64,000 nucleotides of DNA from Raillietiella orientalis (taxonomy: Eukaryota), in assembly GCA_036172245.1 (NCBI GenBank), contig JAYWIR010000056.1, positions 62,001-126,000 of the forward strand, written 5' to 3'. Below, in pieces: positions 1 to 11,619 of the stretch. Under the pieces are notes generated by a model, which searched no databases, was not told where the DNA came from, and saw only the letters and a program-made list of their open reading frames with translations. How positions within the stretch are numbered: position 1 is the first letter of the stretch; every line of letters begins with the position of its first letter. The position numbers and the translations under genes are program-made.

Positions 1-1850
1 GATGCATGACCACTCGAACAACCCCCTCGGATGACCTTTCCACCGAGTTTAAAGTTGACAGCGTGAAAACAGCAGTCATCTGCGTAACATTGCTGAAATC
101 TCCCAGATGCAGAGGGTTTCCTAGTTGCGCTTTCTCGTGCCCACCGAAACGGTGTATCTTTGCAAGTCGAAAGAAGGCACCCTACCATCGGGTGTGCATC
201 TCGGGGAATGTTGATCGGTTCAAGGAACCAGCAATCCCAAACTCAAAGGATTGTATGTCCCTCGCGGTGTCTTTGTAATACGAGACCAGGAAAAGACTGA
301 CCATGCTGCTCTGTGTCAGGGGCCGTCCAAGGTCCAGTATTTTATTGGGATGGACGCAGATGTGCGTTCCGTGGAGGTGCTGCGATGTACTACTCTAGAT
401 GGAGCATTGGCAACCGAAATTCAGCAGCATGGGCGGGCTAGGTCCGCGTGCCTTGAACTGGTTCTGCTAGCCAATCGGCCTTCAACTGGCCGAAATAGTG
501 ATTGCAATCAAACATGCCGCCTTCTCAGTTTATTCTTGCAGCAAATTCAATGTCCTTCGACTTAATGTGACAAAGCACTTAAATTGCACATTTGGGGGGA
601 TCCCATCCGAGTTGCCGGTCATTATCTGGTCTAAGTGTTTCGCCATTTAGACCATCGGACGGAAAGTGCAATTAATGACGGGATCACCGTGATGGCTTCT
701 AGTGGTTTCGTGGACAAGTACACTATTAAGCACCAAAGGGCGGTTAGAATTAGAAGGAATGCTTCCCAGATGTCCTTAAAATCACTAAAATAGAAAAAAT
801 ACTGAAAGACTCCTCGAGACATTTGGTCAAGTTGTGCAATTTGCAGGTGTCTGATGTCACGCATTTCTCTACCTGAAGTCCGTAAATCATATAAATTGTA
901 CAGAGCACAGGAAAGCAACTTTCGGGTTCTTTTCGTAACAGTTTGTTCTGCTGACTTTCGTTTAAACCTCATGGTGAAACCGACGTTAGATGCACACGTA
1001 ATGTTCAAGAAAAGTTGAAAACCGTTCATCATCGGTAAATCATCTCTTCGACCAGTACTCTCTACTTAGTGACCACAAAATTTTGCTCATGGCATCCGAC
1101 AGATGCGTCGAGGGACACCATCAAACGCTTCTGAATAGAACCGCCAGGACGGAAATTCGGTTAAGAAAAGAGAGCTTCCGTTCTTCAAACACTCCACAAT
1201 CATTCTTCGCTTTAATTCGCGAGAACGAAAGTCATTGTGAGCTCTTAGAAGCGCATCTCAAAGAGCAATGTCGAACTTTCCTTCATAGCAGCACAAAGAC
1301 CTTTCAAAAAGCGCCTTCCACGAGAAGAGCGCGGAATTAAGAGAAAGCATATCAAACAACAGCCAGCGCGAAAAATTCAAGGTGTGCCCTTGCCCTGTCG
1401 CAGTTTATCAGGTCAAATTGTGATAAGGATTTTCTAGCCGAACTGTCCCGAATCACCTGACGCAAATATAAACCGAGCTGTACCAGACCATCTTACCTGG
1501 ATAGGGCCGGAAACTGCTCTCTCAAATCCTTGTAATTAAATTTCAGGAGATTTAGAAAAATTGAATGCAAGTCTTCAAAAAGCATTCTCCATGCTTGAAC
1601 ATGAGTATGATAGGCCTCGCTGAATTTGCACTCTGAAGAAATAGATTGCAAACTGTTTGCGGTCTCGTTGAAGCCTTCTTCCAGCGAACTGAAATAGCAA
1701 CCAAAGATTTTTATGTTCCGATTTCAAATGCTTACCTGAATCTGTCAATAATCTCATGAATCCCGAGAAAGGGATCTGAAAGAGACAGCTCCTCGGCGCC
1801 AGAGGCAGCCACACCTAAGAAAATATCGTGGTGACTGAATGATCATAAAG
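1..1850 (+). mobile_element. Highly decayed non-LTR retrotransposon (APE endonuclease plus RT start), R1-like
   Basis: Motif remnants in expected order across frameshifts and stops: FIGMDAD (GxDxN-like, ~340), LDH (SDH-like, ~650), KPSCTRP..LDRAG/KLLSQILV (YRPIxLLxxxGKLLE-like, ~1470-1540), ISNAY (DxxNAF-like, ~1720). Confidence 0.4.
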
Positions 1851-2740
1851 CATTTTGTTATTAAAAAGAGACACCGTCATTAAAAGCCACTCCAAAGCTC
1901 AGGATGCAAAAAGCCCTGATACAGACAAAGCAAAGAGCCAGCTTCTTTCCTCTCTTCGTGGAATGGACATCCCATTTGCAAAGATCAAACACGCAGACCA
2001 TAGGGATGTGAAAGTCGTGAACTCACCGAGGAACGACGGCACAAGCAAAGCAACTATTGGGAGCAGCATGAGGTGGCTATGCAGTTTTCCGGAGAACATC
2101 CAAAAGGCACTTTTATGGGCGATATGCATGGAGCGCAGATGCAACCAGTCGCCAGCAAGCCCATCCGAAGCGGAAAAAACATTTGAGTGCACAAGAGCAA
2201 AAAACAAACGAAGATCATTAAAGATCAATCCATAAGCAAAATGCGTCATTTAAGAGGTAAACTGCAAAGATCTTAAAGGCAAAACGTCCGGAGTTGAGGA
2301 ACACCTACTCAGCTGCGCAAGCATATTCCGCAAATAAGCAGATTCTTTCCCATGAATGTTACGGATATAAAAAAAAAAATCCGTGTAGTGATAAATCTGT
2401 GGGTTCAACTGAAGTGTCTTTATATGCATTAGTTCTTTTTGATAGTCTTATATAACCTATTATATACGGTCCGGGTGATGTTGCATATAGATGAACATAT
2501 TTCACTTGATTTACATATCACAATACAATTTTTTTTTAATTCATGAAACTTATGCGAAAAAAGCTGAACATTCACGACGATGTAAACAAACACCTTTCTA
2601 ATGGAGGTGAGTTAAGCACAGACTGTGTTCTGTGCGCGTACTAACAAAAAAATCATCCGAAACGGTACGGGACGCAACCCGGTTCTGGAGACAAATCACG
2701 AAACCAACGAAAGAGAGCCCGCAAGAACGCTGGTTGTTCC

Positions 2741-5700
2741 CACCCGGTCACGCCGGGGCGTTTATTTCTAAACTCTGTACATTTACGGTACGAGGCCCCG
2801 CTACGGCCAATAGATCGTGGGGCCTGCTGGGAAGCCGATGCGCAGACCGGCTTGACTCTCCTCGGCAGCGGAGGCGGATAGGGGAGAAAACAAAAATAAA
2901 AATAAAAAGGAAAACAAAAAAAAGAAACATTTGGGTGGGCCGGGAAGGGATCACTGTCCGCTGGAGGAAGAGACCATCCTTTCTAGAATGCCCTCGAGGT
3001 CCCTCTGCATAGCTCCCAGATGGGACCATTTGATCGCGAATCGCAGATAGCGACCCGCGTGTACGATGGGAGTCCCTATCGCTCCTTCCACTGTTGGCTG
3101 CGCTGCACGCAGCCACAATCCCTCAGAGACAGCAGAGCGCTTCCAGGGCCGAGGCTGGTTGCAGGGCGTCTCGCACAACGTCTCTGGTGGGACTGCCGAC
3201 CAGCATCCGGAGGGTTGTAGCAAAACATTCCCACAAGGGCCGGAGGGCAGCGCCCTCCACTAACAGGTGGGAAGGATTCCATTCTCCACGCGCACTGCAC
3301 ACTTCCGCCCCACCTTCCCCAACGTTTAGTGGTGGCGGCGCGCATTGCAGGGAACACCCCAGTGCAACAACAGCAGAGCCGTTTCCAGTCACTTGAGGAG
3401 GAGGGTGGATGGGTCTCTAAATAACGGGGGCCACTTTAGGTCATCCAGCGGATGCCCAGCAGCTCGCCCTATCTCCGGATTCCTTGAGGGAGGACGCTTG
3501 GGGTCGCGGCGTCTGCCAGTTCCCTCGTGGTCCAGCCGCTCATCATCTGCTCCCTGCCCGCTATCCGGCAGGAGACTTGGCGTACGGCTGCTGCCAAGAG
3601 TCCTCCTCAGAAAGGGAAGCGCCGTGGTCAGTGGGGTCGTCTCCGCCCCCGTGCTTCTGGCGGTACACTCGAGCATGTTCCGCAGCGTGCTGCAGGTGTA
3701 GATGCCGGGACGCAGACGGTTCCAGAATTCACCACTAGACTGGTTTAACTTCGCCCACGTGCCAACTGTTTCTTCCAGCCATGCGCTGGAGTTGGCGTGG
3801 CTGCAGGCCATCCACCCGTTCTCCTTGGCTAGGGTGGCCATGCATCCGAGAAGAAGGCCGCATCTTCTCATTTTCCGGCCGGGGCACAGAAGATACGACG
3901 CGAGTCCCTCGGTCCGGGACACACGGCTGGCAAAGAGGCGAGTCGGGACGCACCAAGGGGAGCTCCACTTCTTTGGAAGAGGTACTGCAGGACGAGGTGA
4001 AGTTTTCTACCCTGGCTGCCACGCCTCTCGCCACAGCGCTGGCTGCCCTCAGGGCAAAAAACGACAGTTGCCCACCGGCGAGCGGGGAGATTTCCTGCAT
4101 GATAGCAGGAAAAACGAAACTCCTTGGCGCCTGGAAGACGAGTGAGTTGGCGGACGCTGCCACTCCTCGTGCTACTGCGAAGGGACTCCTTCGGTGGGGA
4201 GAAGAACTTGGTGTCACCCCCGAAGAACTTGTAGTCCCTCCACAGTGTGTTGACAGTTCGCTGCTCCCTCTTGCTTGGAAACAAGCCGTGCTGCTTTCCG
4301 TTCACTGGGGTTTTCAGTGCAACGAGCGTTGGGATCGTGACTCCGGGGGACTTGCGTCTGCGAACTGCGTTCGGTGCGGATCGACGGAGTCGATTCCGCA
4401 CCTACTTCTGGACTGCGGTGTCCTACAAGGCCCTTGGCGGAGGCTGGTAACAGCACTCTCGCACCCCATGGAAACCGCAAGAGACTTGCTGCGACGATTC
4501 TTCACGCCAAGAGGGCTATCTACAAGCTCAAGAATTGCAACCATCGGTTGCATACGCGCGATAGTTTCAGTCCGTCAGGCGCTGGTAATCAACGGGTAGC
4601 ATCAAGAGGTAGTCGGCAAAGCATCCTCCTACATGGAAGCGGTCGCCAGATGGCTTCATTTGACAGAGACAAGAAGGGATCTCACCGGCATACACCACCG
4701 GTTAACACACACTCCGCAGCGGCCTACCCGGTGATCCTTGCCCCACCCTCCATGAATTGGTTTGTCTTTTTTTTTCCACTTCCGTCCCCTTAGGCTCCGG
4801 AACATTCCAGGTGCCCTTTGTATGAATCCCCGTGAGTACAGAGCCTCACCAAAGACCCGTCACCCTTCCTTCCTGTTTATGTTTTCTTGTTATTCCCTAA
4901 CTCCTCCCATGTTTCGAGTGATTTGTTTACCAGGCCTGCGTGCCGGTAACTTCTCTTTGTTCTCTGTCATTGTGTTGGTTGGAGACATTGTCCCTGACTG
5001 TTTTATATTGAATAAACGCCCCGGCGTGACCGGGTGATAAACTTCTTCGCCGCGATGGCCATGGTGCGCCATTGCAGCTGTATTCCCACGCGCTCCAGCG
5101 TCAGGACGCTATGACCTCCGTCCCGACGCGGAGCTCACAAGTCCTTCAGAGAGACTCGGGGCCTTTCCTTGCCCCAAAGGGCGATGCGGAAAAGGTCCTT
5201 CGTCCTATTCTTAACTTCGACGGAAACGGGGCAAACAAAAAGTAGGGGGTGGAGGATGGGGACCGCAAACGCGTTCCAAACCGCGGCCCGTTCCTGCAAG
5301 TGAACTTGCCTTCCAAGAACGGGCCGATCTCCGAGTCCACTTTCTGGAGACGACCTGACCAGCTTCTGACTAGCAGAAATCTCCCAAAGGAACGCCGGGG
5401 TACTCTAAGTACCTCTCCGTGAGAATCCCCAGGCGGATCCGGTCAGGTCGTTCTGCCCACGTTGCAGCAACCGCTACCAGCGACGACTTCGTCCTGTTCA
5501 CACGTAGTCCTGTACCGCGGCTCAGCAAGTCAGAGAAATCTTCGAGTGCCGAAGCCGGGGCGGACATGGGCGGCAGGAGCAGAAGATCGTCAGCATACGC
5601 CTACAGGGCAAGCGTACCGGTGCACGAGCTCGTCAGGGCAGCCAATGTCACCCTGTATGCTCTCAGAACCAGTTCGAAATAGGTGCTAAAGAGCAGGGGA

Positions 5701-5890
5701 CTCAAGCTGTCGCACTGCCGAATGCCGCGCCTCACCGGCACGCCGAACACGTTTTGTCCTCTAAAAGAAACGGTGATTATCGCATTGCGCCAGCAGGAGC
5801 GCAGGTAGGCCGTTAAGGCGGCCGGGAAGCCCATGCGATCCAGGAGCTCCAGAAGAAGTTCCTGGTCCACGCAATCGAACGCTTTACGTG
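2741..5890 (-). mobile_element. 5'-truncated Tx1/L1-type LINE, split by a younger relative at 3974-5040
   Basis: Minus strand reads KAFDCV..GIRQCDSLSPLLF..YADD..YPGVPLG..AIAAKK|WSSPWCVP..HLLVE, collinear with ORF 20710..22995. T-rich 3' UTR and AATAAA-hairpin end at 2741-2766. Frame rejoins when the insert and one TSD are removed. Confidence 0.85.
3974..5040 (+). mobile_element. 5'-truncated Tx1/L1-type LINE (ORF2 C-terminus with CCHC, 3' UTR)
   Basis: LQDEVKFSTLAATPLA..CVRCGSTESIPHLLLDC matches the C-terminal part of 20710..22995. Ends AATAAACGCCCCGGCGTGACCGGGTGATAA. TSD ACTTCTT at 3967-3973 and 5041-5047. Confidence 0.9.
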
Positions 5891-5899
5891 TGTGAGTGG

Positions 5900-6265
5900 G
5901 TGCCAACCGCTCATGACTCCCCTCCTCCAATAAACTCTGCCTGAACGCAGATAGTTCAAAAAATCCCTAACACCTGCGAATGACATGGACCAACCATAGA
6001 ATCCTGGAGGACCGAACACGGCCCGAGGGCTGCAGATGGAGTACCGCTGGGTTAAACAGTAGACGCTGGTGGAGCGAGGTCAAGACAACTTTAACACTCT
6101 CGAATGCATCCAATGATGGCCCTCGAGTCGCCAAGCAAGCACGGGAACGGATGGGCCAGCTGGTGCAACGTCACGAAACAGCGTTCGTGAGGCTGCTGAA
6201 GAAAAAAAAATGCCAAGGATCACTATCGATGCGAAGGTAGAAACAGCAGCCTATGCGCTCTTGGC
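5900..6265 (-). mobile_element. Decayed RTE-like LINE 3' ORF remnant
   Basis: Fragments RIG, LDAFE, LWLVHVIRR (WxGHVxR-like) and GRVYWRRG in RTE C-terminal order; frameshifted. Confidence 0.35.
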
Positions 6266-6269
6266 TTCA

Positions 6270-6995
6270 ACCTTCGACACGATTCCACGCCACTTGAGGG
6301 TGGGTAGTGTTCAAGTTAGAGGGTATCCCGGGAGGGGCCCGCCCTATGAATCCAGGAAGGACTCGGAGTCCGTTTCTCTCGCCTGGGGAGGGAACCCTAG
6401 AAATGGGGATCACCTCCACCTTGGTTGTCTCCGAAGGGGAATCCAGAAGAAAATCTCTTTTCTTATTCTCTCCGGAGGACCCCCGGGGTATTCGCTCCAT
6501 TCTTTCTTCTCTGAGTTGAACCCGGAAAGGATCCGATCCTGGAATTTCTTCTCCGGAGGGGTCCCCCGCAAGAGATCTGCTCCTGTTTACTCTTCTGAAG
6601 GAACGCTTTCGAAATTCAGAAGGACGCAGCTTTCCCGAAGGGATCGGCTTGCTTCCCTGCACTCTCTGGAGAGGTGGTGACGGAGACATGGTAGGTCATC
6701 AGTATTACGCGGAAGGTCCCTCCGGAATGGGAAGTCCGCTCCTTTACAACTGGAGATGAGCTCCCTCTCCGTGATTCCTCGAAGGACCCGGAGGTCGACT
6801 CCCATTTGTTCCGGCCCTCATCAAGGGCATCCGGTTTAACATTAGTATCGCACCCGGATGAATGTAGGACAGCCAGCGTCTTCTTGTGGGGTGAACTCGG
6901 AACCCACGACGCACTGCGTCGATTCCTTCAGAGTATCGGGACCCACGACGCATAGTGCCACGCGCGGAGACCACCGTAACCACACGGCCTCCGAC
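6270..6995 (-). mobile_element. Long tRNA-headed SINE-like repeat (family X), copy 1, 3' terminus missing
   Basis: Collinear with 42948-43800. Head GTCGGAGGCCGTGTGGTTACGG..GGGTCCCGATAC is A/B-box-like. Confidence 0.75.
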
Positions 6996-7039
6996 ATGGG
7001 CCTCTTTTCATTCTCAACGGAATTCAACCAGCGCCTGAC

Positions 7040-9620
7040 CTCAAGTGAGATTACGAAACCCTTAAGCTTTTTCCGTGCTGCTCAGCGGCCATTCATTCCC
7101 TGATTGGCCCTTCTCGGATTCGCCCTTGCCTCCGGAGAACTTCCCAGCATCAATCGTGAAGGCCGCTCCGTAGCACGTGGATGGCGTGCACTGGTCCAAG
7201 TGAAGCTCCAGGAACGAGTTTGCATATCGCGGTATTGGATCTTCCGGGAATACTTCAAAATGGATGCGAAAATAGGAAGTCGGTAAAGGAGAAACCGAAA
7301 GTCTGTACTGGAACATGATGAAAACTGCACTTTGCAGCAATTCACGGTAAGGGATATTGGAAGGTTTGCAAAGGATGAGCAGCTGAAGAAGATTCGAGAA
7401 TTCCAGCATGCAGTGAGAGCGAGTTCAGCTTTGAAAGCGGCTTCTCGAACATTCCAGAACAGATCGAGAAACAAACCACTGTGGCATGGTGACATCCGCA
7501 ATGGCAACGAGGGAAGTTCTGTGGGTGAAAAGTGTGACAACGGCAACTTCGGAAATCACGAAAGCGGAAAGTGATCGAAAGAAAAGAAACAGCCCGATGG
7601 ATGGGATAGTGGGATTTTCGATCAGTGGAACCCTTACTGAAAGAGGGGAAGGATCAGCGCGACCACTTCCCCGCGTGTATCTTCGAGTTCGGAAGCCGGG
7701 AAGAACGGCAATTCGGAGAGCGCCTGTGCGCACAAGCGGGGGTGCACGAAGAACCAGCAGGGGCACCCCGTTTCCTGAGGGAAAGGGTGCGGCAACCTGG
7801 CTTAGCACAAACGTATCAGCCGGCCCTGACTCATGCAAAGCCCTCGCTTGCCGCATTCGAACGCGGCACCGGCAAACACTTCGGACGTGTGCGTTTGCAA
7901 GACGACTTTCCAAGCATGTGCACACTTTCAGAAGAAGCACTCGGATCGGCAATGGCCACGGAAGAGCAGGTCACTCTTCTCGAAACACGGGATTGACTGG
8001 AGGTTACAAAGTCCTGAAATCACCATGAAGGTGCGAGAAAAGCTGCAGGATGAGATCACGCAAGTACTGGGCTACTGATGTATCCTGTTTGTTTTCCCGT
8101 GAGACCGATGATTTCAGAATGCAAAGATCAGTCTTCTGCCGGGACTTTATCTGGTACGCTGCGTGTAGTGGGCACCAGGGACCAACGGTGCTGGGTATTC
8201 TTCTCAGCACGATTGATGAACCGATCACCTTCCCGGCACTGCCTGGCATTTCGAAAAAGTCTGCAGCATCTCTGCAATTAGGAAGCATCACCTTTCACTG
8301 ACTCTTTGGATTCCTCCCGAACGCTCCTTCGTTTTTCGTTTCTGTTGGGAAAGAAGAAAAAAACACTCCCCCACGAAAGGGGGAGGATAGGATGACTGCG
8401 AAATTTCTTTATTCGTTTCTCGAGGAAGTCCGCTACGTTTGGTGCGCTCTGTCCGGGATCTCGAGTGCAAGAAACGCTTCTTCCACGACCGAACCGGAAG
8501 GAGAAGCACATGTGGCTCGTCGATTTGTCGACAGGCGTCAGCGTGCCACGTCTCCACAGGGATGCGCACGTGTGCAGCGGGGTGTGCAAATGACGTAATG
8601 CATGCGAGATGGAAAATTCGCGACACAACGGAAAAGAATGACGAAAAAGACGAGCCTGCATGTACGAAATGTTTATTCATGACACCCCGTCGTTGCAAAC
8701 ACTGTGCCGCCTGCTTCTTCAGGTGCGACTGGAAACTTCAGTGCTTTGCTGCCATCAGTGACATGCCGGGATGCCTGGAGAGCAACAGGAAAAGAACTGG
8801 GAAATCGCCAACCGAAAAATCTTACCTCTTCCTACTACTTCGCTCCGATTTTAATCGGCAAGGAATGCCGCTGTATCAGCTGATGAGACTGTGGCAGAGT
8901 GGAGACAGGTAGTGCTGGGTGCAAGTGAGGGTGTCGTTACGAGCTCGTAAACGCAGCTGCCCTCGGCCATCCAGCCCAGAATTGTTCTTTGATGCGTTTG
9001 CACAAATGTGTGCACTCTCCACGAATGGACCCACGAGACGCGCTCATCCCTGGAAGCAACGAGCAACTTTTTGGTTTTCCCCATGTCCCCAAGACTTCCT
9101 TTGCTTTCCATCCTTCAAGGATATGACAAGCAAACAACTCGGCCATATCCATCGCATCCTTCGCGGCGGTAGACGGAGTAGGGCTCTGCGAAAATGCAAA
9201 TTTCCAGATCCGTGCCCTTCTACATACTCTCGGCAGCCAAGCAAGGTCCGCAGAGCCTTCGCTTATCACACAAAGATGAGAGTGAGTGGCACATGAGCCC
9301 TCCTTCTCTTTTAAGGTTTCGATCTGTCGAAGACATTCGGAAAGGGCTCAAGTAGCTGGAGCATGGTACGGTCATCAGGTTGTTTGCAACGAGATGCCGA
9401 TTGGAGAAAAGCACGCTGGATTCTGCAAACGAAAAGGAAGCTTCACGCAAGCAGTTGTTTACGCATTTTCCAAACGTCAAGAAGGCAACCTCGAACGATG
9501 GCCTTTAAAATACCGAGCTCTACCGGAATGCTCCCACCACCATGAGCGCGTGCTGCCGAACTTCTTCGGAGATGCTTCTCGACCGGATGTGGTAAACTGC
9601 CAAACATCCCCATCGGATTA
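7040..9620 (+). mobile_element. Highly decayed LINE ORF2 remnant, clade unresolved
   Basis: Ordered remnants RNKPLW (KPWW linker), LFGFLP (QxGF-like), FFHDRT, SPQG and FIHDT (YADD-like); many stops and frameshifts. Confidence 0.4.
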
Positions 9621-11619
9621 GTCCAAGAGCCACTCAGGGTCCGTTTCTAAAAAAAATGAGGAATGAATCGGAATTACAAGGACTTCTGAAGTTGCTCCCC
9701 ATCCCGGCAACCCAAGCTGCTAGCCACATGTTTTCCAGCTGGTGGTCACAAAAGGGAGCCAAGGAATGCGAGAGGGAACGAAACAACGAATTGCTTCCCA
9801 AACTCAACTGTTCGAAACACCCAAGTGAATGCGTTTCGCACGTGTGAGTTGGCCAACAACAGCCAGCATGGATGTACACGTTCTCACTTGTCTGGGAGTA
9901 TCATGCAAGTACACATGCAAAATTCGAATTATTGAAGCTATTGGGCTCTTCCACGTTGTGAGGCTGGGTCACCGTTGTTGCCGCATTTTCCGGCCTCGTG
10001 GCTGCTTTTCCCAATCGTGCCACAATGGATTCGAATGCCGTGGCCGTTGGCATGGTTTTCTTTTCAATGGAAGGAAGAATGTTCTGAGCATCTTTGATTA
10101 GCAAGCATTCGAGTGAGCTGCAATTGGCACGACAGCAAAGGCCAACACTCCTCACTCTCATCCCGTCTACGGACCGCTCCCGCAACCGCCATCACGTCGA
10201 AACATGCCAATGAGGACACCTCGACACGCAGGGAGCACGGCATTTTCCCCATTTTCCCTTTTTCTCATCTGCTTGCTTTCGGCTCCAAACACACCGTCCT
10301 ACACTTAGTGCAGGCATTTCCACTTTGAGAAATGCCTACTTTACCTTGATTGCTCTTTAAGAACAAATTGCCCCTTGGGAAATTTGCAACGAGATCGAGT
10401 AGCAGCTGAGATGCACGAAGACTGAAAACAAGAGTGCAGTTTCCTGAGAGGATCATCATCATCATTTGATCCCGTGGTCTCAGTTTCCAGTCAGTGTTCA
10501 TCTCAATGCTCACCTTTCTTCCCCCTTTCTTCCTACCAGCCACACAAGCAGCGCTCGCGTCGGTGCCCCCACACATGCACTCATCCCTCAGCATAGGTGT
10601 ACACAGGCTTATACGAAAGTTGTATGCTAGTTCATGCCATCACATCGGCCTAAACTATGTGTGGTTTGCAAGGTTGCGCTCAAATTCCTCTTTAATAAGC
10701 ATCACAACCGAGACTGGTTAGGTTTTCAAGGGAATTTCATGCAGCACGTTTTCCAATGATGTCCTTTTTTATGAAATTTCTGTTTTTCATTTATGTTGCC
10801 TTGCAATGTGCTGAATAAATTTTTTTCCAAAATGTGTTCCACTAAATCACTTTTTTAGGATGTTTATAGATGCATGAATCATCCTACTTTGATTTCTTGG
10901 GAGCAAGTTTGTGTGTAAGAACGGTTGTTTTCAACTGTTCTCTGATGAAGGGTTGTTCCTAAAATGCAAATCAATGGATGAAATTCTTTGCCGGGAGGAA
11001 GGAATGTGAAAAAACCCAATGGAAAGTTCTCACTCAAATTCGGACTCTCAGGACTTCCACTTTTGAGGAAGTGCGCCTCTGACAGCGCGTGACACTCAGA
11101 ATTCGCGGTTTTCACATCGCGCGTCTGCTGAGACACATTTGTGAACTGTTGCAGCTTCCAGCTTCCCGTGCACTGGCATCTCTGGATCCCGGAAGCAGCT
11201 GACCAACTGACCACTTGCAAGCATCGACCCGGAAAGGAGTGGCGTCCTTTTGAAAGAATTCGAGGCGATGGGACCCATTTTTCGTTTCACCTGCACAACC
11301 GAGTGTTCACATTTAGGAACGCAGGCGCATTGGCTCATTCCAGCTGCGGAAACACCATCCTGGTGTTTTTTCCAAGCGACAGGATCTCGAGGCTCTCCGT
11401 GGCTATCGCGGTCACTGAATAATCCTTACCGCTCTCTATTTTTTTTCCCTGCTCGCGGAGCAGTGGTGTACGCTTTTCCACATGTGACTTGAAGACATTT
11501 GTTGACTGCCGCAATGCTTGATGTGGGATTGGTGGCTTTCATGTCATCCGTGACATCCGTGACAATGAAGGAACTCTGAAATCATTAAAAAAAAACTTTT
11601 TTTTTGTTACTTGCATCTT

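Noticed and set aside
1899..2249. Hydrophobic minus-strand ORF
   Set aside because: No recognisable family motif.
3781..3973. N-terminal part of the 272-aa ORF
   Set aside because: Chimeric: antisense host-element sequence fused in frame to the insert.
9850..10300. Gag-like zinc-knuckle remnant on minus; similar CANC near 26840
   Set aside because: Only isolated Cys motifs, too eroded to support a call.
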